A stretch of 63,811 nucleotides of DNA, the filler included, from Octopus bimaculoides (taxonomy: Eukaryota): NCBI RefSeq assembly GCF_001194135.2. It is 5 parts of 5 records of this genome, joined end to end, with 100 filler letters (N's around TTAATTAATTAA, not from the genome) between each part and the next. Parts side by side here need not be neighbours in the genome. Positions count along the whole stretch, not along the records: positions 37,639 to 61,148 come from NC_068995.1; positions 61,249 to 63,811 come from NC_069002.1; 3 more parts are not named here. One strand, written 5' to 3'. The position numbers and the translations under genes are program-made. Shown here piece after piece: positions 53,641 through 63,811 of this stretch (the first letter of the stretch is position 1; each line of letters starts with the position of its first letter). The notes beneath the pieces are model-generated. The model was not told where the DNA came from, did not search any database, and saw nothing but the letters and a program-made list of their open reading frames with translations.

Positions 53641-54275
53641 ATATTCAAAAAAATGAAACAGTTCCGAATTTATTCTTCNNNNNNNNNNNNNNNNNNNNNN
53701 NNNNNNNNNNNNNNNNNNNNNNNNNNNNNNNNNNNNNNNNNNNNNNNNNNNNNNNNNNNNNNNNNNNNNNNNNNNNNNNNNNNNNNNNNNNNNNNNNNNN
53801 NNNNNNNNNNNNNNNNNNNNNNNNNNNNNNNNNNNNNNNNNNNNNNNNNNNNNNNNNNNNNNNNNNNNNNNNNNNNNNNNNNNNNNNNNNNNNNNNAAAA
53901 TAAAATTTAAAAAATACAACAAAATAATCTAATTAATTATTTATTTTTTATTTTTCAATGTTATATTATTTTTTATGTTTTATTATTTTTGGTTAATTTT
54001 CAGTCAGATTTTTAAAGATTTTTTTTTTTTAGCTTCTTTTTCTTTTAATAATTTCTCCTCTAATTAGTTTTTTTTTTTTTAATACAAGCAAACTAATTAG
54101 AAGCAAAATAGATGTTGATAACAATTTCTCTAAAACGACAATCTATGCTTTAATTTGATATTATTACTCACAATAAATTTGTTTTAATCCACCTAGAACG
54201 ATAATTATCATCATCATCATCATCATCATCAGCAGCAGCATTAGTATCATTATCATTTATTATTATTGCTGTTGT

Positions 54276-54313
<38 letters not shown>

Positions 54314-55139
54314 GAAGTAGTAACACTATCACTATTTTTTTATTATCGGCTTCCTACTTAGACATTAGTTTTGCAAAAGAAAGAGGGAATGGGATGTTAT
54401 GATGTTCATGCCTCATCCCGTCTTTTCACCAAGGAAATCTCTGCTCTAACTAAATGTAATTTAACCAACAACTTCTTTTACTCCACAAACAGTAGATTAA
54501 GGAATAAAAGAATTGGTAAGGCTTGAAAAATGTGGTCTGCCATATTTGAACTCCAAATGTAAAAAATCAAACAAAAACAAAAACACAGTCAATACATACT
54601 GCATGATATTAATCGACCATTCTACCTTTTCTGTCAATCTAATTATAATAATGGTTTCAAACTTTGGCACAAGGCCAGTAATTTTGAGAGGTGGGGAAGT
54701 TGATTACATTGACCCCAGTTCTCAACTGATAATTATTTTATTGACCCCGAAAGGATGAAAAGCAAAGTTGACCTCAGCAGAATTTGAACTCAGAATGTAA
54801 AGATTTGGATGAGAAACTGCAAAGTATTTTGTCCGGTGTGCTAACAATTCTGTCAGCTTGCTGCTGTAGTAATGATAATAACCCTTCCCACTCTAGGCAC
54901 AAGGGCTTGAAGGGGGTCAGTCGATTATAGTGACCCCAGGGCTCAACTGGTTCTTAGTTTATTGACCCCGAAAGGATGAAATGCAAAGCTGACTTTGGTG
55001 GAATTTGAACTCAGAATGTAAAGACAAATGAAATTAAGCAATTTGCTCAGCATGCTAACGATTCTGCCAGTTCACCATAATAACAATAATAATAATAATG
55101 ATAATAATAATGATGATGATGATAATAATAATAATAATA

Positions 55140-55700
55140 TGCCCTGATGCAGTACCAGGCAGTGACTCTCATGGCTTCTCATCTCAACTGATTGAAAGTG
55201 TTATCATGTACATTGTTTTGTCTTGGTATAAAAGATGGGCTACAGCAAATATTCTACTCAATACAGCAGATTTGCTTGTCAGTGGTTTGACCATAACCAG
55301 TTGAGCATGTCCCTTGGTGGCTGACAATATGTGCATCTCTGATCACGAACAGAAGTAGTGGGGGAGCATCATAGCCATGTGTTGAGAGGAATTCTTCGGG
55401 ATTTGAATAATTCACCTCTGGAAACATGGGCGTTTTGTTCATCATCCTTAAAACAAACCTTATTCAGGGACCTTTTGAGTGGGATGGGCTACTTGACCTA
55501 AAGAAAATTCTAACTGGGTCCTGCCTGCAAAGTCATGCACTGTTTGTTTTGTTTTACGATCACCATGTCGCGCACATAAGGTTGGGATGCATGTCTGGTG
55601 TACCTTTATCAGACGGATAGTCATGGTGAGTATACTGGGCTTCGTATGTTTTAGCCCAGTGTCATTTCGATGGCAAGGACTGCTCTCTCACTCAATAATT
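55140..55700 (-). repeat. Interspersed repeat family D
   Basis: The reverse complement of 55590-55690 matches 24785-24868 (GAGCAGT..GCC.TC.AA.TGA...GAAGCCCAGTATAC.CA.CATGACTATCCGTCTGATAA.GG). Confidence 0.6.
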
Positions 55701-56370
55701 GAGGTCTGTGGATGACACTTTGAACAGTTTGTAGAAAAGAAAGCAACAATAATGTGTGTCCCCGGATATGGTAATGTCTATGATCTTGGCTTCCTTTTAT
55801 CCACAACAACAATGTCTGGTCTCCAAGTATCAATCACTGAGTCACACTATATGATGATGATAATAATAATAATAATTAGATTTATGTGGAACAAAATCCT
55901 GGGCTTGGTTAGAAAAGGAGCAATTTAAAATGAAACAAGGATAATCAGGAGGGTTCTAAGCACTTGAAAGGCTGCTGGAAACTTGTGAATACCAAAGGTT
56001 ACAAGTAGTAACCTGCTACCCACATAAATCCTACTAGGAATAAGACCGAACCTGAACCAATCCAAAATTATAATAATAGACCTTTCTACCATATCCACTA
56101 CGGGTACAAGGACTGAAATTTGTGAGAAAGGGCCTAGTTGATTACATTGACCCCCAAATTGTGCCCATAGTAGAAAGAATTATTAATATGATTTGATATT
56201 TAGTTTGTAAATCTTTGCATATTACATTCAAATCTTGCCAAAATCAACTTTGTTTTTCATTCTTCCAGGGTTGATAAAACAAAGTACCTGTCAAGTACCG
56301 GGGTCAGTATAATCAACAAACCACCTCACTCCCTTCAAAATGTTTAGCCTTGTGTCTATATTAGAAACAA

Positions 56371-56402
<32 letters not shown>

Positions 56403-57855
56403 CATTATCATTAACAACAATGTTAATAATCATAATTAACTGTGCTAATTACCATATCACACTGGCAGTGTTTTTATGATGTATATTACGATGATAGTAA
56501 TTATGTCAGTAGCAGGTGCTGGGGGTGTATAAACCCTTCCACCCCCTACACACCCCTTATGAAATAAAATGAAGGAAAGGAGGGAGGGAGGGAGGAAATG
56601 ACAAGTTTGTTGGTGTCATTACCAAGTCTTTTAATCCTTTTCCTCATCACTGTTCTCNNNNNNNNNNNNNNNNNNNNNNNNNNNNNNNNNNNNNNNNNNN
56701 NNNNNNNNNNNNNNNNNNNNNNNNNNNNNNNNNNNNNNNNNNNNNNNNNNNNNNNNNNNNNNNNNNNNNNNNNNNNNNNNNNNNNNNNNNNNNNNNNNNN
56801 NNNNNNNNNNNNNNNNNNNNNNNNNNNNNNNNNNNNNNNNNNNNNNNNNNNNNNNNNNNNNNNNNNNNNNNNNNNNNNNNNNNNNNNNNNNNNNNNNNNN
56901 NNNNNNNNNNNNNNNNNNNNNNNNNNNNNNNNNNNNNNNNNNNNNNNNNNNNNNNNNNNNNNNNNNNNNNNNNNNNNNNNNNNNNNNNNNNNNNNNNNNN
57001 NNNNNNNNNNNNNNNNNNNNNNNNNNNNNNNNNNNNNNNNNNNNNNNNNNNNNNNNNNNNNNNNNNNNNNNNNNNNNNNNNNNNNNNNNNNNNNNNNNNN
57101 NNNNNNNNNNNNNNNNNNNNNNNNNNNNNNNNNNNNNNNNNNNNNNNNNNNNNNNNNNNNNNNNNNNNNNNNNNNNNNNNNNNNNNNNNNNNNNNNNNNN
57201 NNNNNNNNNNNNNNNNNNNNNNNNNNNNNNNNNNNNNNNNNNNNNNNNNNNNNNNNNNNNNNNNNNNNNNNNNNNNNNNNNNNNNNNNNNNNNNNNNNNN
57301 NNNNNNNNNNNNNNNNNNNNNNNNNNNNNNNNNNNNNNNNNNNNNNNNNNNNNNNNNNNNNNNNNNNNNNNNNNNNNNNNNNNNNNNNNNNNNNNNNNNN
57401 NNNNNNNNNNNNNNNNNNNNNNNNNNNNNNNNNNNNNNNNNNNNNNNNNNNNNNNNNNNNNNNNNNNNNNNNNNNNNNNNNNNNNNNNNNNNNNNNNNNN
57501 NNNNNNNNNNNNNNNNNNNNNNNNNNNNNNNNNNNNNNNNNNNNNNNNNNNNNNNNNNNNNNNNNNNNNNNNNNNNNNNNNNNNNNNNNNNNNNNNNNNN
57601 NNNNNNNNNNNNNNNNNNNNNNNNNNNNNNNNNNNNNNNNNNNNNNNNNNNNNNGTTTTCGTGCAGGTGACACGTAAAAGCACCCACTACACTCTCTGAG
57701 TGGTTGGCGTTAGGAAGGGCATCCAGCTGTAGAAACTCTGCCAAATCAGACTGGAGCCTGGTGTTGCCATCCGGTTTCACCAGTCCTCAGTCAAATCGTC
57801 CAACCCATGCTAGCATGGAAAGCGGACGTTAAACGATGATGATGATGATGATGAT

Positions 57856-58150
57856 ACAGGTACAGGTGTGGCCGTGTGGTAAGAAGCTGGCTTCCCAACA
57901 TCATGGTTCCGGGTTCAGTCCCACTGCATGGCACCTTGGGCAAGTGTCTTCTACTATAGCCTCAAGCTGACCAAAGCCTTGTGAGTGGATTTGGTAGACG
58001 GAAACTGAAACAAGCCCCTTGTATGTATATATATATATATAGGTATGAATTTGTGTACTGTGTTTGTCCCCTCAACCATCACTTGACAACTGATGTTGGT
58101 GTGTTTATGTCCCTGTAACTTAGTGGTTCGGCAAAAGAGAGGGATAGAAT
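57856..58150 (+). mobile_element. SINE family A copy
   Basis: TGGCCGTGTGGTAAG...GGTTCAGTCCC...GTGAGTGGATTTGGTAGACGGAAACTGAAA. Confidence 0.85.
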
Positions 58151-60314
58151 CTGGGAAACTGGCCTTATGAGCCTATGGCTGGGAAGGACTTTTGATCATT
58201 TGTTTTTGTTTGGGTGTTGTGTATGTCCACCATTGAGGACTGATGTTTGTTTGTTTATAAGCCTATAATTTATTTGTCCAACAAAACGTACCAGACTGGG
58301 GTAGATTTTTCGACTTTAAGCATTCAAACTGGTGCCCCAGCATGGCCACACTCCAGTGTCTAAAACAAGTAAAGGATAAAAGATATCTCTTTTCTGTGTC
58401 AGGTTGAACAAAGCATCTAAGAATTAAGAAGATATTTCAGTAAAAACACAAAATATTTGTATAAGATTAGATTTGAACCTCTGACCTACAAGAGAGTAAA
58501 TAATCCACCTTATTCACTAATCCATTTTAGCACCAGCTATTTTTCATCTTATTTTGCAAGACATTTGTTTTATTAATCTATTGCTGTAAGAATGGTGAGA
58601 AAACAAATAAAAGAAAAATCTGAGAATGAAAAGAAAAAAATGGCAAAAAGAGAAGAATCCTTACACAGGACTGAGATTTCCCTAAAACCAATCTCAGACT
58701 CATTTTAGTGACAAAATTCCAAAATAGATTATGTACCATATGAAAGACAATAAAACTCTCTCAGCTATTAAAGTTTATTGAAATCTCAAATCATAACCCA
58801 ATTTCTTTGCAGTTTGCGACTTTGCACACGTGTGCATTCAGGTGGTAATATACTTGTTTAATGCTTGTTAAATAGTAGGCATATTAAGGATTTATTGATT
58901 TTATTTGGTAAAAAAAAAAATTAAAAAAATAAAAATAAATTCCTTAACTGAAAAATGAAAAAAAACAAAAATAAAAAGAAAATATAGAAAGAAAGAATTA
59001 GAATCATAAAAAGGTGAAAAGAAAAGAAATCCAAAGTTATTTTAAAAATTAATTTTCTAACCATTTCCTAAGAAATCACTAGCAGAAATTATTCCTACTT
59101 GAGGCTATTGCAATACTGAAGAATATAATGCAGAGTGTTCAATGAATATGAAATGTATGTGATGTCAACATCCCATGTTCCCCTCCAGCCTGATGTCTTC
59201 AGGTGCGTACATGTGTGTGTGCATAAGTGTATACATGTATGTGAGGCAAATGTATATATATGTATGTAGTGGCAGGTATGATATTATATATACATGTAGA
59301 TATATATATATATACTGATATGTTATCTAAAGCGTACAAGACTATCTAAAGGCAACAGAATGTGTGTGCAAATATATGCACATACACCTGAGTGTATTTT
59401 TATGCTAAAAATGCAAGTTTCTGAGTAAATCTGTGAATGTATAAATATGTATTACAGCATGCCTATTTACTTCCAATCACACACATCAAAGCCGCCTTCC
59501 CACATTGCTGAATTTTAATCATCCTGTGCTGCAGATTATTTCTTCAATCAGTCTTGCTTTATTGTCTACAATGAGGTGGTGGTCATGGTGGTGCTGTATA
59601 AAAGGTACAGGGCCTGGTTAAATGCCTTCCAGCATTTAAGTTCCTGTTGTTCCTTTGTTCTGAGTTCAAATTTTACCTGAGTTTGCCTTGATTTTCAGCT
59701 CCCAAGAGTTTCAATTGTTTCAAACCTTCCTAGAGCTATTTTCTTGTTGTTGTTGTTGTACTGCCTCAGGTCAGCTCATATTAAGCAGATCCAACCATGA
59801 ACATCCCATCTGTTTATTCAGACACACACACTGTATATGACAACATTATCAAATATCCTTTATCTTTCGCTTGTTTCAGTCACTGGACTATGGTCATACT
59901 GGGGCATTGTCTTCAAGGCTTTTTAGTCAAACAAATCACTGCCAGGACTTAAGTATTTTATTTTTTTTATTTTAAAGTCTAGTATTTATTTTATCTATCC
60001 TAATTGTTGAACTGCTAAGTTACAGGGACTTAAACAGACCAACACCAATTGTCAATCTGTGGTGTATGTGTGAGAAAATCATAGACACACACACACACAC
60101 ACACACGCACACAAGCATTGGTGTGAGTGCTGGTGTCATGTAAAAAGCACCCAGCACACTCTTTAGAATGGTTGGCATTAGGAAGGGCATCCAATGTTAG
60201 AAACCAGGTCAAAACAGACTATGGAACCTGGTGTGACCCCTAGCCTTGCCAGTTCCTATCAAGCCATTCAGCCCATGCAAGCATGGAAACTGGATGTTTG
60301 ATGATGATGATGAT

Positions 60315-60365
<51 letters not shown>

Positions 60366-60944
60366 AAGTAAAGTTGTAAGGTACCGCACGAGTGGAAGTA
60401 TATATGAAAGAAGGTTTTAAAATGCAATTTTAAAGATGTTTATTCACTTGACTGGTTTCACTTTTTTAGAAAAAGATTGTCAAAAGTAAAATGTAAAGCT
60501 TTGCATGATCTTTGTTGTGTTGAGTATTGGTTATCACAAAAGTATTAAAATACATTCTTTGATAATAATAAGAAAATGTTAAAAACAGTTTACAAAAAAG
60601 TATTTAAGAAAGTAATCAGAATGGGACTCCAAAATATATTTTGAGTTCAATAAAAATCATGTTTGTTTGGTAGTATATATATATCTATATACACAGAAGG
60701 AGATATATTTAAGAACTTACAAAAAATTGTAGAGGAATAACTGACCTGTCTTTCTGAAATTTTGTCTTGTGTGTAGCACAATTAAAGTTTAGAAAGCTCA
60801 TTCAGGGATAGCAAAATCCTTTAAAAGTACTGGTTAATTACCTATACAAAGAGTATTGAACATTGTATTTAACACTCAACCGTTAACAGTTTGCAGCCAT
60901 TTACTCAACATGAGGAAATTGAACATCTGTTTTGTATATCTTTA

Positions 60945-61030
60945 TCTACATCTGAAGAGATTCGACTTTCAAATAATTTTTAATTTAATTAATTTTCTGA
61001 GGGTCTGAATTGAAACAACTGTAAGGGATG
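60945..61030 (+). ncRNA. Type I hammerhead motif (HH-5), core intact, stem I degenerate
   Basis: Plus: CTGAAGA (60952-60958)-GATTCGACTTTCA...TGAGGGTCTGAATT-GAAA (61012-61015)-C-AACT-G-TA-AGGGATG. Stem II is about 13 bp with one bulge and G-U pairs. Stem III is identical to HH-1. Stem I pairs poorly. Confidence 0.7.
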
Positions 61031-61248
61031 CTTGTCAATTTTTTAATTAATAGATAATAATTTATTAATGACATCTCTATTCTCTCATCTTATTATATAT
61101 ACTCTCTGTACTTTTTATAATCATTACTAATATATATATATATATATANNNNNNNNNNNNNNNNNNNNNNNNNNNNNNNNNNNNNNNNNNNNTTAATTAA
61201 TTAANNNNNNNNNNNNNNNNNNNNNNNNNNNNNNNNNNNNNNNNNNNN

Positions 61249-61292
<44 letters not shown>

Positions 61293-61606
61293 TACATGCA
61301 TATATATATATACTTTTATGTATACATTACATAACTACAAACATACATTACGCACACAGATACATTTGTATACATTTTTATGGATGTATGAATGTATGTG
61401 TATATGCATGTTAATATAGAGATGTGTTTGTAATTGAAAGCCAAATAATCGCCAAACCAGAGTAAACAACTCGATGCTAGCTTATGAAATAGAATATAAT
61501 AAATATTATGATTTATCTGCAGACAGACGAACTTGTATTTCACTTGCTATTCGGCTTTTGAATGCGCTTTGATAAACTATGGATCTATATGTATATATAT
61601 GTATGT

Positions 61607-61689
<83 letters not shown>

Positions 61690-62039
61690 ATTGTGTGCGT
61701 GTGTGTTTGTGTGCGTATGTATATATATATATTGGGACGAGGAAAAGGATACAACTTAGTATTGACGTTCACGAAATTATCATCGAAATGTATATATTGC
61801 GCAAGTTAGAATGTAACTCATTATTTTGTATCATAAAATATTTATTTCGGTATTTTTGTATTTCATAAATTACGTTTCAAAAATAGTCGTGTCGGAAAAT
61901 AGTTTATTCTGAAAAATAAAGTCGACATCAGCAATCTGTGTACCGAAAAATTCTCACTGTGTAATATATACAAACATGTTTATTGTAATATTTGATTTTT
62001 TCAGCACCATTCATCGCTAGTGACAGACTTGAGTAAAAG

Positions 62040-63500
62040 AACTTGTCACCAAACGAAACGCAAGGCATAAACAGTCACACAGACCGTTGAAGAACTTTTA
62101 CACGAAGCTACCACAGCAAATGCATACCTTGTTTAATGCCTAGACTCACCACAAACATTTCTTACCAGTGTTCATAACTAATTCTTTTCCTCCGAGTAAA
62201 GGCGTCTTAAGTAAATTATCTGGTTATATATAGGATTACTACTGACTGAAGGCTTCCGCAACCAACGTTAACCTTTGGTTAAAGAATAACAGCAGCAACA
62301 GTAACAACAAATTATATGCCTTTTTATTAATACAATTTTATCAACTTCTGATGTTTGTTCAAAATATCCATTAGCAATGTGTTTTTGCACGGATATAAAG
62401 CTGAAGCAAATTAACACCAAATATACAGTGCGTGTGTTTTTATTGGCTAAACTGGCAATATGACCATTCCCAAGTACAACAACATCTGTTTCATCACACG
62501 ATTTCACATCAAAAATCTTGCAAAACAAATATGTAAACGGAAGTGTTTACCCTTTTTTCCCTATTTCCTAGTGTTTTGCTGGTCGCCTTGAAGTCTTATA
62601 TCCAAAGGTGAGTGACCTTCAAACAGTAACCAAGGAGTAATTGAGTGGGTGAAGAATAGGAATGGGGAAAACAGATTTGCAAAAGCAAATTTAAAAACAA
62701 TTCAAATTGAAATATTTGGATAGGGTAAACGAAGTTTTTACTGACAATACACGTACATAATCCATCAAGTAAGGAAACATCTAGGTGAAAGACATGAATG
62801 AAAACAAAGGAGAAAAAAAATAATAGAAAAATTAAATCCTATCACAAGGTAGACACAATTCCTAAGAATTCGTTTCAGTTTCTTATTTTCTAACTCAAAT
62901 ATATCGCAAACTTATACAGATTTCGTAGGTCACAAATCTCCTAATCACATATTCAGTTAAATAGAATAGTAATCTCGAAATTTAGTAGCATAAATTATGT
63001 CAATGTTTTCCATTAAACTGTTTTTGTTTTGGCAGCAGATTCTCTGCATCTTTAAGGCGTGATTATTTAGGATTATGATTATTTAAAATATAAGCGTTTA
63101 AATATGCCAACACGACATTTTTCAAACTCCAACTAATCCTTTGCTCTTTCAAACACCTCCTCCACTACCGCACTATTCCATTGAGAATCTTCTAAATATT
63201 TGCTGACGTATGCAGTTCTTCAGGGTATTCGAGAACACTTATGGAAGTGTCACGTGTTATTTATGTAAGAAACTATCTTATTGACATAACTTTCTTCGTG
63301 ACAACTATTTCCGCTTCAATCATCTTCGCATGCTTCCTATTTCCTGAGCTTTTTTCTTTTCTTCTTTGTTTATTTTTTGCGATGGGGGCGGTTCTTTGCT
63401 CTTAGATATCTCGATCTTGTTGCTGATTTGTTTCGATTTTTTTCCAGTTTTGAATTGACCTCGCATATTCTTAGCTAATAATCTGCTTCAAATGATTGGA
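62040..63500 (-). mobile_element. Heavily decayed DNA-transposon coding relic, probably Helitron Rep/helicase
   Basis: Weak motifs only, in the expected order: an Arg/Lys-rich N-terminal part, EYPEEL, VVVLGNG...ANKNTR (cf. LLRNL...LCNGTRL) and YAFAVVASCKS (cf. LAFAMTINKSQG). A piggyBac origin is not excluded. Confidence 0.35.
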
Positions 63501-63672
63501 GAAATGCAGTAAAATATTATTCTCTTTGGTCAAGAACTCTGTACATGGTTAATAACCTGCATACAGATATTCAAGGATGTTCACAAATAATGAAATTGTC
63601 AATGATGTTATATTAGGAGATGCTCATTTTTCCAATAAACACACGCACTATTTATTTGATCTTTACTGTAGC

Positions 63673-63771
<99 letters not shown>

Positions 63772-63811
63772 ATTGTTATTATTATAAAGGCGTGGAGCTG
63801 GCAGAATCGTT

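Noticed and set aside
61865-61940. Minus-strand CTGATGT...GAAACGTA
   Set aside because: A9 is missing, there is no convincing stem II, and stem I does not pair.

Overview
AT-rich, microsatellite- and gap-laden animal genomic DNA. The SINE/LINE families look like Octopus (inferred from recalled repeat families, not a search). The only protein-coding gene I can identify is the H3K79 methyltransferase DOT1L on the minus strand: coding exon 1 at 19743-19811 and exon 2 at 8764-8804, joined by a ~10.9 kb intron. The gene presumably continues beyond the window start, since exon 3 was not found. An unidentified 85-codon exon-like ORF (41252-41509, minus) and several exon-like segments lie upstream of DOT1L. 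The rest is transposon debris: three SINE-type families, RTE, CR1/L2, Tx1, Penelope, mariner, hAT, piggyBac and pogo MITEs, and Helitrons. The most interesting signal is a set of five type I hammerhead-ribozyme motifs of the Penelope-associated kind. Three lie in sense orientation in DOT1L introns, two of those with intact catalytic cores. Also notable are an in-frame uORF separated from the DOT1L start by a single TGA and a 112-bp-arm near-perfect hairpin. Most listed six-frame ORFs are microsatellite or gap artefacts.
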